From Octopus sinensis (lineage: Eukaryota), in contig NC_043020.1 in assembly GCF_006345805.1 (NCBI RefSeq), positions 124,001-188,000 on the forward strand: DNA of 64,000 nt, read 5' to 3'. Below are positions 24,976-37,048 of the stretch, piece by piece. Numbering within the stretch: the first letter of the stretch is position 1; each line of letters starts with the position of its first letter. The notes under the pieces were generated by a model. It worked only from the letters and a program-made list of their open reading frames with translations, was not told the origin of the DNA and did no database searches. The translations under genes were made by a program, and so were the position numbers.

Positions 24976-25015
24976 ATGGATTTAAAAATACACTTATACT
25001 TACTTGTACTTGAGA
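24976..25015 (+). CDS. Candidate first coding segment MDLKIHLYLLVLE (phase 1) at the end of candidate exon 24797-25015
   Basis: Strong acceptor TCTCTTTTCTCTTTCTTCTTGTCTGTAG at 24796 and donor GA|GTAAGT at 25016. ATG 24976 is open to the donor and encodes a hydrophobic, signal-peptide-like start. No homology was recognised. Confidence 0.3.
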
Positions 25016-25356
25016 GTAAGTAGCAAATAGTAGAGATGCTGTCTCCATAGTATCAACAGACTGTCTTACTTAGTTGTCAAAATATATTGTTTGTACTGTT
25101 TCTGTGTGGTTGTTGTCACTGCTTCTAGTAAGTGTTTTGTTTAGAAATATGTCTGTTCTTTGGCATACTTTTGCTAATCCCACCCCATCTTCTCTTAATC
25201 TTCTGTAGTTTCTCCATTATTTTTTATAATTTTGTTCTTTTACCTTGAGTCAATGTTGCTTGCATTAAATTGCGCTACGCCCGCCTCCTCAAAATAACCC
25301 TGATCTGTCTTGAGCTGAGGAAATACCTGCTAAAGAAATTATCAGTTTATTAGGCA

Positions 25357-25605
25357 CTTGTGCCTGTGCCATGTGAAAGCAACTGTGCTGGTGTCGCATA
25401 AAAGCAGCTGTTGTGATGTCACATAGAGGCACCCATGCTGGTGCCATGTAAAAAAGCACCCAGTACACTCTGAAATGGTTGGCATTGGAAAGGGCATCCA
25501 GCCATAGAAACTATGCTGAAACAGATTGGAACCTGGGCAGCTCACTGTCAAACCATCCAACCCATGCCAGCATAGAAAACAAATGTTAAATGATGATGAT
25601 GATGA
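25357..25605 (+). mobile_element. Repeat family C with internal tandem subrepeats
   Basis: Repeated GTGCCATGTAAAAAGCAC-like units, then TGGTTGGCATTGGAAAGGGCATCCAGCC and a (GAT)n tail. Confidence 0.75.
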
Positions 25606-26540
25606 TAGGCAAATTTCATAGTTATTATTATTCTGTTAGATAAATTTTAGAACTTCTAAAATAGCCATTAATTATTTAGCTTCTTGTTTGTTATTAGAGG
25701 CCTCCATCAGTCAACTATTTGTGCTGCCACATATAGAGAGAAATAAACCAACACACTGCAACAGGGAAAGCTTGTGAATAAGACCTACTGCAAGGTCAGT
25801 GCTAATTCACAAGCTTAAACTGTCTCTACTGTTATTACCACCATCACTACCAACTAACTAACTTCTGGGTATTTTCCTTAGAGTCCATCCTGGTGCAAAA
25901 ATTCAAACTAGGTGTGAGCATATAACAGGAAGGGTATATGCCTCGATAAATTCAGGCCACACCAGCATGGGAGAAAAACATGAACATATAACAGTGGTAA
26001 TGATGATGATGATAATGTTGCTGTCAGTTGCAGCAATCAATGAGTCATACATGCCTTCTCCAATAATTTTGGAAAATTTGTGTGTATTGTCCTTTCCCAA
26101 CCCTGACTAAATCATAAAATTAAACAAACAGGTAAAAACAAATACAAAAAATGTGCCCATTTTTGTCATTCATTATAAGGTCAGAATTCAATGACACTTT
26201 GGGTGGATAGCCAAAAGGATGAGTGATTAGTAGTTTCTAATTGAGGGCAGTCTTTCAACGTGAGTGAAAATGTGGTCAATATTGGGTGTAGCCAAACTAA
26301 TTCACTGTAAACAAGCCACATTTGATATTTGACACTGCCATTGCCCAAAGAAATAGGTTGCCTATTTTTTTTGCTTTTTCATGTAATCTATTATTAGTAG
26401 ATTCATAAGAGTTATATAAGCATCAGATGAAATACCTTGTGGCACGTCTTCTTACACTATTTTCTGAGTTCAAATCTTGTCAAGATCACGTTTGTTTTTC
26501 GTCACTCCAGCCTCGATAAAATGAAGTACTAATGAAGTAC

Positions 26541-26699
26541 CAGGAGTGGCTGTGTGGTAAGTAGCTTGCTCACCAACCACATGGTTCCGGGTTCAGTCCC
26601 ACTGCATGGCACCTTGGGCAAGTGCCTTCTACTATAGCCTCCAGCCGAACAAAGCCTTGTGAGTGGATTTGGTAGACAGAAACTGAAAGAAGCCCGTTG

Positions 26700-26742
<43 letters not shown>

Positions 26743-26787
26743 GTGTATTTGTGTGTCTGTTTGTCCCCCCACCCCAACATCGCTCGA
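26541..26787 (+). mobile_element. SINE family A, 5' half
   Basis: CAGGAGTGGCTGTGTGGTAAGTAG through the microsatellite to CCAACATCGCT. Confidence 0.88.
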
Positions 26788-26959
26788 AGAACTTGTCCAC
26801 TTCATACAAGTATGGAAAAACAAACATAAGAATTATGATGATGTTAGTGGCAGTGATCCATATTTAATATTTTCAACTGCCTGTTAATTTCTCTTCATAT
26901 TTCTAAAGCTATCCCTCTTGTTCTGTAATTCTTAAGTGATTCATTTGTTGGTGTGTCAA

Positions 26960-27665
26960 ACAAAATGCTTAGCATCATTTCTTTTGGCTCTTTATGTTCT
27001 CAGTTCAAATGGTGCCAAGGTCGACTTTGCCTTTCATCACTTCATGGGCCGTAAAAAATAAGTACCAGTTAAGCACTAGGACCAATGCAATTGATTAATC
27101 CACTCACCCCAAATTGCTGGCCTTGTGTCAAAATTTGAAATCATTGTGGCCAATAAAAGAAATCCTCATCATCATCATCATCATCATTATTATTATCATC
27201 ATTATTATTATTGTGAGCTGGCAGAATCATTAGCATGCCAGGTGAAATGCTTATCAGTATTTCACCTGCCTTTACATTCTGAGTTCAAATTCCACTGGGG
27301 TTGATTTCGATTTTCAGCCTTTCAGGGTCAATAAAACAAGTACCAGTCAACCACTAGGGTTGATGTAATTGACTAAGCCTTGGTCCTATAGTAGAAAGGA
27401 TTATTATTGTTGTTGTTATTAATTACTGTGGCAAACTGGCAGAATTGTTAGCATGTTGGATAAAATGCTTAGTGGCCATTCTTCTGAATCCTTATGTTCT
27501 GAGTTCAAAAACCACCAAGGGCAAGTTTGCCTCTCGTCTTTTCAGGGGTAAATAAAATAATACCAGTAGATCACTTGGGGTGGGCGGTATCATTGTAATT
27601 GACTAATTCCTTTCCCTAAAATCGCTCACCTTGTACCAGGATAAATGCAAAAGAATTATTATTAT
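26960..27665 (+). mobile_element. Cluster of three diverged family F (B-related, ATT-tailed) SINEs
   Basis: Three successive GAGCTGGCAGAA / GAGTTCAAA / AAGTACCAG units, each followed by (ATC/ATT)n. Confidence 0.7.
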
Positions 27666-28189
27666 TATTCAATTATTGCAGGTGAACATTCTTTTTCCAG
27701 TCTGGTATTTTCTGTTGTATTTAGTTGATTTGATCATTTCCTATTGATAAGTTAAGCTACCAGGTTTCTTGCGGACCGTCATAAAGAACCATCATCATAA
27801 AATAAAAGCAATATAAAAGATGTAATGGATTTTATTGGTTATCCCCCAAAGTACCACAAGACTTAAGTAAGAAGAATAAAATCGGTGCATAACCTTTATA
27901 ATGACTTACACAATTCAGAAGTACTTATAATACATTCATTCTGTTAAGATAGCCTCGGCAGCTTTTATTTCTCTCTTATTGCATTTATCACATTGCTTCT
28001 GTAACCAATCCAAGCATGTTATTGAAAGTCTTTATACGATCTCAACATGCTCGCAACTCGAGTGAAAAACTTTTTAACACTTGACTCGGTTTCTATACTG
28101 TTTCATATCGTTCTTAAAGAGAATCTATTACACCCTTTCCAACTTTGTGTATTTCAGAGTTTGTAGACTGGAAAACCAAAAAAAAATGG

Positions 28190-28258
<69 letters not shown>

Positions 28259-28557
28259 CACACATACACACGTGTGTATAAATTTCTATATACTTTATAG
28301 TAGGAAACCATTGTGAGAATGTTTTATCTTAATTGGAAACTTATTGACATTACTTGGAAGAATGCCCCCCTCCTCCTGCCATTTGCCATCATCTCCTACT
28401 CCCTACCACTACCATCACGACGACCACCACCATCAACACCACAATATTGTTTTCATGATAAAACGAAATATCCTTCCTATATTTGGTAGACAATTACCGG
28501 CAAAATAGGCTTATATATAATATAGAATATAGCCAATATTAATGATGTTATCACTGC

Positions 28558-28628
<71 letters not shown>

Positions 28629-28857
28629 TACACACATATACATACACATATATTTGGTTTCCTCTCTGCATTTCAAACTTTGCTAATTATGTAACTTTCC
28701 TTTCGTCATAGTATATGTATGTGTGTGTGTGTGTGTGTGCGTTTGTGTTTGCAAACCATTGTGATTTCTGTTCGGGAGATAAAATAACTCTTATTCATAG
28801 CTTTATGTTGCTTCTTTCTTTCTTTCTTTCTTTTTTCTTTTTGTTTTCATTTTCTTT

Positions 28858-28893
<36 letters not shown>

Positions 28894-29042
28894 ATTCAAA
28901 GCTTGATAAATAATAACATTGACATTAATTTCCTTATCTTCAACTGGTGTAAATCTCAATTGAGATTATCATATATTGCCTTGCGCAGATATCATAATTT
29001 TTTTTTTTGTTTTTTCATTTTTTATGGTTAGGTATGATGTTG

Positions 29043-29079
<37 letters not shown>

Positions 29080-29520
29080 CGATAATAATGCAATCAGTCG
29101 TGGGTGTGTGGTGTGAGAGAAATCTGTTATGGAGTGTGATGCAATAGAGTAATACAGAGACTTGGCTATTTAATTCAAAAGATCTTTAGAGGCCAGAGAG
29201 AGACATCAGTTCTGTGTGATTTGTTTGATTCTCAGTGACAATTTGTATGGAAGAAAGGCACAGTTCAAGTGATCTGAGAGGATGGCTGGGTATTTTACAA
29301 AGGCGTTGGTCCTTGTCGTTAGGCAGGAGAGGCACCTGCACTCGTATAGATGTAACTGTATGGCAAAGAAGCTTGCTTCCCAACCATGTGGTCTTGGGTT
29401 CCGCTCCCTGTATGGCACCTTGCGCAAGTGTATTCTACTATGCCCCTTGGGTGGCCAAAGCCTTGTGAGTGGATTTCGTAGGTAGAAACTGTGGAAATCC
29501 AAACAGTTTTGTGGAAAACA

Positions 29521-30113
29521 AAGGCGGCGAGCTGGCAGAAATGTTAGCACACCGGGCGAAATGCTTACCGGTATTTTGTCTGCCGTTACATTCTGAGTTC
29601 AAATTCCGCCGAGGTCAACTTTACCTTTCATCCTTTCAGGGTCGATTAAATAAGTATCAGTTACACACTGGAGTCAATGTAATCGACTTAATACCTATGT
29701 CTGTCCTTGTTTGTCCCCTCTATGTTTAGCTCCTTGTGGGTAATAAAGAAATAGGTATTTTGTCTGCAGCTACGTTCTGAGTTCAAATTCCGCCGAGGTC
29801 AACTTTGCCTTTCATCCTTTCGGGGTCGATAAATAAAGTACCACTGGGGTCGATGTAATCAACTTAATCCCTTTGTCTGTCCTTGTTTGTCCCCTCTATG
29901 TTTAGCACCTTGTGGGTAGTAAAGAAATAGGTATATCGTCTGCCGCTACATTCTGAGTTCAAATTCCACCAAGGTCGACTTTGCCTTTTGTCCTTTCGGG
30001 GTCGATAAATTAAGTAGCAGTTACGCACTGGGGTCGATGTAATCGACTTATTCCCTTTTTCTGTCCTTCTTTGTCCCCTCTATATTTCACCCCTTGTGGG
30101 CAATAAAGAAATA
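29521..30113 (+). mobile_element. SINE family B tandem trimer inserted in an A-type SINE
   Basis: One head and three ~176-184 bp bodies joined by AAAGAAATAGGTAT. An 18-bp TSD AGAAACTGTGGAAATCCA flanks it (29484-29501, 30114-30131), with a 19-nt 5' filler. Confidence 0.92.
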
Positions 30114-30451
30114 AGAAACTGTGGAAATCCATTGTATATATCTCTCTGTCTGTCTGTCGTTCTGTCTGTGTGTCTGTTAACTAACTAACCTCTTCAAGGC
30201 TGTATCCCAGCATGACTACTGAAACAAGTAAAAGATACCAAGTACTATAATTTTCCTCTGAAGCCTAGAAGAGCTAATTGAAAGAGATATTGTTACAATT
30301 ATAATTTATTAAGCCAGATCTAGTCTGCAAGTAACACTTATTTTATTTGCCTTAGAAGGATGGAAACTAAACTGACTTCATTGAATTTTGAACTCAGAAT
30401 GTGATGTTAAGAAATTCTGCAAGTCCACCTGAGCATCATTATACTGCTTCA

Positions 30452-30788
30452 TGGCTAAGTGGTTAGGGTATTTGGCTCATGATCATAATGTTGTGAGCTC
30501 AATTCCCGGCGATTTGTAGTATCCTTGAGCAAGGCACTTTATTTCATGTTGTTCCAATCCATTCAACTGGCAAAAGTGTGTTGTACTTGTAGTTCAAAGG
30601 GCCAGGCCACGTCACATTGTTTCGTGTTGAATCTCTCTGAGAGAGAACTACACTAAGGATATGCATGTCTGTGAAGCGCTCACCCACCTTTACATTAATT
30701 TTCCGAGTAGGCTATTCTGTTGTTTGGATCAGCTGGAACCTTCACCGTTGTAACTGGCAGAGTGTCAGCTTTGATGTTTTCGCTTTGA
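30452..30788 (+). mobile_element. tRNA-derived SINE family E
   Basis: A-box TGGCTAAGTGGTTAGGG and a 12-bp TSD TATACTGCTTCA (30440-30451, 30789-30800). Confidence 0.85.
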
Positions 30789-31453
30789 TATACTGCTTCA
30801 GTCATTTATAACTAGTGTTTATAAATCTTAGTTTCCATCATGTCCTAAGTGTTGATGCTCATCTCAAAAGAAATAACCTGACATCAGTATGTAACTTCAA
30901 AAATTGTTTATGTTCTTTTCTATGTAATTCTAATCTTAAAAATCAAAGACTGTTTATCGATTTTTCTAGTTGAATGAAATTGAACTGTAAATTTCTGCTG
31001 CAGTTTTTAATTACATCATCATTGTCATTATCAGTTTAATGATGTTGAAATAAGTTACTTTTATAGCGATATTTGTTGTAAGGCGCATGGCTCAGTGGTT
31101 AGAGCGTCGAGCTTAAGATTGTGAGTTCGAATCTCAGACCGGGCTGCGTGTTGTGTTCTTTCCAACATAACATCCTTCATTTTGTTGCTCTTTTTTTTTT
31201 GTCATCTCCATTGTGAAGCTCAACATCTTGAAATTGGCCTTCATCGCCAACTTTTATCCAAGACTTCTCTAATTTTCTTCCAAGTCAACATCAATGTGCA
31301 TTGCATATCCATACAAACACAATCGTATGCTCACTTACACCTAATTCCTCTTATACCCAGTTTTTCTCTTGGCTCATCTGTACTGTGTCACTAACCACTT
31401 CAAGGTTATGTCCTAGCATGGGAATGGATTTGGTAGGTAGAAACTGTATGTAT

Positions 31454-31864
31454 AAGGCGGTGAGGTGGCAGAAACGTTAACACGCCGGGCAAAGTGCTTA
31501 GCGGTATTTCGTCTGCTGTTTTGTTGTGAGATCAAATTCCGCCAAGGTCGACTTTGCCTTTCATCCTTTTGGGGTCGATTAAGAAAGTACCAGTTATGCA
31601 CTGGGGTCAATATAATTGACTTAATCCCTTTGTCTGTCCCTTCTGTATTTAGCCCCTTGTGGGTAGTAAAGAAATAGGTATTTCGTCTGCCGTTACGTTC
31701 TGAGTTCAAATTCCGCCGAGGTTGACTTTGCCTTTCATCCTTTCGGGGGGGGGGGGCGATTAGATAAGTACCAGTTATGCACTGGGGTCGATATAATTGA
31801 CTTAATCTGTCTGTCCTTGTTTGTCTCCTCTGTGTGTAGCCCCTTTGTGGGCAGTAAAGAAATA
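31454..31864 (+). mobile_element. SINE family B tandem dimer inserted in an A-type remnant
   Basis: Junction AAAGAAATAGGTATTTCG, TSD AGAAACTGT (31439-31447, 31865-31873) and a 6-nt filler. Confidence 0.9.
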
Positions 31865-33785
31865 AGAAACTGTGTGGAAGTCTGCTATCTATCTATCTAT
31901 CTGTTCAGTGGGCCATACCTGCTTAACCACTCTCCAGCTTTTGCACATCCTCTGCAGTCGGTGTCCCTTCATACTACCCTGCTGTATTGTGCTTTATACA
32001 CAAGCAACGTAATCTAACCATCATTTGAAGAAAAAAAGTCCCCTTATTACCAGCTGAAGTAATAACTCCCTGAACATTTTTTTTTTCTTCAAACCTTGTT
32101 CTTATTCTGGCTACTATGCTTTCAGAAAATCTTCCCCCCAACAGCTGATTTAGGTTACCTAGGTAACACTCATCTTAATATCCAAATTTCCACTCTCATC
32201 TGAATATTCTAATTTATACATTCATCTTAATATCCAAATTCATACTCTCATTATGGTATCCTCTGATAGGAAAAAAAGTGAAAAAATGATTGTGTTAGAG
32301 AAAAAAAAAAGCTCTATTTTTATCAAAGGTTAGTTTGTTTAATTTTCAATATTAGTGTTCAGCCACACTTTGATTTTTGTATGTTCTAAGTTTTAATAAT
32401 TTTTTTTTCTCTCATCACTGTTCAGCTCTTGTTATTACATCTCCTCCCCCACTTCTTTCTCTCCCTCTTGATATGCCTCGTTCATTCTTCTCTTCGTCTC
32501 TCTGTTTCCTTTATGTCAATACATGCACAATGGAACCATACCTCACTCGAATCAGGTGACATTTTAGTGTGCACAAGCTTTGTTTGTTGGACTCTGGCCA
32601 GCTCTGCTACATAGTTTAACTGATCATGCCTACTAGACTCTATCTATCACATCCAAATATTTATTCCTACCGCTTGCAATATTGTCAGAGGTTTTCACCT
32701 AAGCTATCATCTTTCTTCTTCTTCTTCTTCACCCTCACCATTATTCCATAACACCAATCACATTTCAATGTTGTTATTCTTGGATGATCGCTGGTTAGGT
32801 TACATACACGAACGACGATACTAAATGTAATATTAGCATAATTAACTGCAGTGGTCAAAATATCACAAGTAATTAAATGTTCTTGTGGTGTATTGATAAC
32901 CAGCTAATGCTCTCATCTGTCGTATGTTAATAATTTCTCTCATTAGGGCAGCTAAGGTGACGAAGAACACAAAGAACTGGATGTGGATAACTTAATGATG
33001 ATCTCTCATTTATTTATAAAGGTCAAATATCAAATCCTGATGAAGTTGGATGCCATCCCTTTGATGTTGGTGGTGGTTGTATAACCCCGGGTCAACTCTG
33101 ATCAAGCATGTGCTACCTGTGACACACACAGGTAATCAGGTGAATGATCAGGCATGATCCAGTTATCTGTTTTTCCAATAATGCTCTGCCCCCCACCTGG
33201 CAGGGGGATGTATCGCATAATCTCACATAGAGTTATGAAATACATGGAGTACAGCATAAGAACTTGGACATGCCCAGTCCAGCTCTGTGCACTTGTGGAT
33301 TGTAGTCGTGTCTACATTGGGGACAGAAATGCTAAATTGTGTATAAAATGCAATGCTGTATTGTAGAATGACAAGGATGTTAAATACAGAGGATGTGCAA
33401 AATTTAGAGAGCAATGAAGTGAGTATACCCCCACTGGATATGCACAAAAGCAATGAGGACATAAGTAACGTGGTACTGGTCAACCATCTGCATGGAACTT
33501 GTTGAAGAAAATCAAGGAAGACTTGGGTAAAAGTTGGTGGTGAGATTTAATCTCAGGATGTTGAGTCTCATGATGGAGATGTCATAGAAATGCAACAGAA
33601 GGAAAATGTTGTGTTGGAGGAGGCTCGTCCAGTCCATACTAGAATGGAAAAGAAGATGCAAAAATGATTTGTGTCCTAATTCTGGGTCTCTAGTTAAGAA
33701 ATCAGTTTTGCAACAACGTGTTTCTAGGTTTTGATCAAACTGCATGATACTTTGAGAAGGTTGCTTGTTTTAACCATAATCTTGA

Positions 33786-34005
33786 CCCTTTCGTTACTGT
33801 ATTTCTGTTGAGATGTTCTGTGTTTCTTTCAATTACTTTAAATGTAACAAAGAATTTAGTAAAATAACTTGGTTATCATTAAGCTAGTGTTAGGAATATA
33901 AATTGTGACTAAGGTTTGGTAGAAGATTTTAATTCAAAACTTATGAAAACGAAACATTTGTACTCAGAGCCAGAGCTGGTTTCAGCCAGGTTGGTATTAA
34001 AAGGG
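33786..34005. mobile_element. piggyBac-type (TTAA) MITE, family PB2
   Basis: TTGA|CCCTTTCG ... AAAAGGG|TTAA; inverted homologue of 7949-8169. Confidence 0.8.
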
Positions 34006-34914
34006 TTAAGATGACAAATTCTTATTGAGTGGAATTTGGTAGCTGTAAACTCTATGGAAGTCCTTCATGTGTGTACATGCTTTCACTGGTGTTTGTCAGT
34101 GTGAAAACCTAAAAAACAGGTGCTTTTCACATGTAATCTTTTGCAATAATTATTCTGTGAATTACAGACACTCCCTTGTGATTCTTAGCATCAGAAATTC
34201 AGTGAGCTAGTGATTGACCTTTTGGAAATATGTTACGAATGTTGTGACTGTTTCCCAGTTATGATATATGATAATCCATTGGCATAAGTGTGCCTGTATA
34301 GGTGCAGGAATGGCTGGTGGTAAGAACTTGTAAACCAGTGTCACTATCATGTAAGCAGTGTTCTTTGTTTCCAATCTTCCGTGAAAATCATGTCTGGCCA
34401 TGGAGAAATATTGACTTGTTTGGAAGCAGGCGAAAGCTGGCAACAAGAAAGACATCATCTGCCTGTAGAAAATTTGTCTCAACAAATTCCATCTGACCCA
34501 TGCAAGCAGGGAAAAGTAGACATAAAATGATGATGAAAATAATATGAGCTGCAGTAAAGATAGCAAAATATCTAAAGAGCTTAGTAGTGATATTAAAAAT
34601 ATTCTGTGTATGTGTATGAAAAAAAAGCCTTTTATTTCACAGGTCACTTGTTCAAGTCCCAGAACTGAAACTTGGTCCCTTCGTGTAACTTATATTTTTT
34701 TTTATTTCAATGTGCAGTTTTCTCCCCCACCATTTTCCCCCAGAAATATACCTTCCATTATTGCACAACATTTCAATAATCATAATAAAAATATATTTCT
34801 AGATGAAAAGGGAGAGATTGATATAATTTGTTATTATAGCAAAGCTAGATACTTGCTGCTAGGCCATTCATATTATATCTCCTTTGTCATCTTGAAAGTT
34901 CAGAAACCCTTTTA

Positions 34915-35262
34915 AACAAGAGCACTCAGAGAGTGCAAACCTCTGCCAAGGCAACACCAACATCCTCTCAACAATTAGCTGGAGAGGATTTTTAAAATGA
35001 GAATATCTGAAATAAACTCAAATGCTCTCACTAATGAGAATACTAAAAATGAACCTGACTGCTCTCAAAAATTAAGTAAAAAATAATCCAAAATCCTTGT
35101 CCCATACCAGATCGATCCCAAAATCTAATCAGTTCATGTCAGTCATGAGGCCAAACATCCCTGAAAGTTTCATCCAAATCCACTCAGTGGTCTTTGAGAT
35201 ATCTTGTCCATAGACAAACAAACACAACTGAAAAGCAATACCTTTGCTAAGGCAGAGGTAAA
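34915..35262 (+). mobile_element. Non-autonomous Helentron-like (HINE/DINE-1-like) element
   Basis: Subterminal inverted repeat ACCTCTGCC / GGCAGAGGT, (CAAA)n near the 3' end and no TSD; a homologue lies at 41333-41650. The class is inferred from architecture. Confidence 0.6.
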
Positions 35263-35903
35263 AATTACATGCTTTTACTTCAAAATGCAAAACTGTTTCT
35301 TTATGGAGTATTGAGGAAACAATAAGCATTTTATGGAATCTTTATTCTATTGTTCAATAGTAGTTGGTAGCTGTTCTAACAATTTCTTTTGCTAAATTTA
35401 AAACTTTCCTTTGTTTCTGATTAAATAGCAAATATTTTCACAAGAAAACTATTTTCTTGTGAAAGCTTAGATTTCTAAGCAGAAAAACAAAACAAACAAA
35501 AAAAAAATTGAAAGGTCCAAATTATCTGCTGGGCTTGCTGCTTCTTTACTCCTACACATTGGGACTGAACCCAAAACTCTGATTGAGAAGCAAGCTTATT
35601 AACCACACAGCCATATCTGTGTCCATGTGTGTAAATTTATAATGTTTTGATGTTTTCAATCTTCGTCCTCTTCAGACATATCACCATTTAGACTTGTAAA
35701 TGAAAAGATAGAAATACATGTTTGTATATATAAATACATGTGTTTCTGTATATAGATACATATGCTTATACATGTGAAAACTACACTAATTTGAGTTGTA
35801 TATTATTTTTGCTTTGAGACTCCATTTAATAATTACCAACTCTGAAGAGTATGTACAACTTTTGAAGACATATTTTAAACATTGTCTCTTCTTTCTTTTG
35901 TAG

Positions 35904-35930
35904 GTAAGGAGCTTTTGATTCTTTTAATTG
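35904..35930 (+). CDS. Candidate 27-nt phase 1-1 microexon, (x)KELLILLI(x)
   Basis: TTGTCTCTTCTTTCTTTTGTAG|GTAAGGAGCTTTTGATTCTTTTAATTG|GTAAGC. The length is divisible by 3 and only phase 1 is stop-free. Confidence 0.5.
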
Positions 35931-37048
35931 GTAAGCAAAAGTTTTTTTTTACTCCACCTGTTCATGCTAATCTTCCAATTAAAAAACAAAGTGTCATATG
36001 TTATAATACTTAACATATCATGTTTAGCTACTTATTCCGCCTAATTTTCTTATTTTGAAGATATTTCAATTTTTTTTTTTACCTATATCTTTCACTTCTA
36101 CTCTCTCAATTTCATTATTCCTTGTCTGTAGAAATTTTTTGTTCTTTTCTCTTTTCTGCTTTTTAAGGAGACATTTTAAAAAAAAAAAAATCATTTTAAG
36201 AGCTCTGTGTATTTGATGCTTTCAGTATCCAAGTAATATATAATTATCAACATTATCAATTGTACAATCTTCAGCATTGTATATTATGTATATTTATACA
36301 TCATCTGAATTAAAATTGCTTATTCGCTTCAGAAATTACACAAAGAAAAATAATGTACTGTCCACTGTGGCTATGACATTTTGTTCTTGGTAAACAATTA
36401 TAACAAATACTAATGATGATGATGATAGTTTTAAAGGCAAAACTTATTGTTAGCCCTTTTGTAACTTTTAATTAATACAGGACAGAAAAGATTGAGGATA
36501 ATGAATTACCGCCCATGGCACATATAACTAATTTCTCTGTCATCCATCCATGTCTCTGTCTTTCCCATGAATAACAAGTTCTTTGTACTGAGATAACAAG
36601 CTGGGAGACTAATCCTTTGTACCTTACTGTAGCTTGCACTATATTGCTTTCATAATTAGGTTCAAGGACTCCGATTCAAAGATGAGGAGGAGATTTAAAT
36701 TATAACATTTACAGCTTGCTTTATCAAGGATGTATTAGCGAAGCAAATGAATCGGAATGATTTTAATTCAGGAATCAGAGCTAATCTTCAAACAGTTCAC
36801 TAGGCAAGAGCCTCTTGATGGCCAGCAGCCTTTTAGAAATAGCAGCCAGATTTCTGTGAATTACACCGGCCCATCATAAAATGAGGAGGACATGTAGAAA
36901 AATTTAGTAGTAATAGATATACAAACAAGATGGAATAGTCAAGGCTGGAATACCGTTGATCAGGGGTCTAATTTATCACAACTGGTTTAGGGATAAATAG
37001 CAATAACTGAACTGTAATCCATGTCTCTCTATGGTCTGCAGTACACAT

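Noticed and set aside
36660-36880. VQGLRFKDEEEI (mariner-like) and a possible exon ESELIFKQFTRQEPLDGQQPF
   Set aside because: The match is too short, there are no flanking DD34D motifs or TIRs, the splice context is weak, and stops follow quickly.
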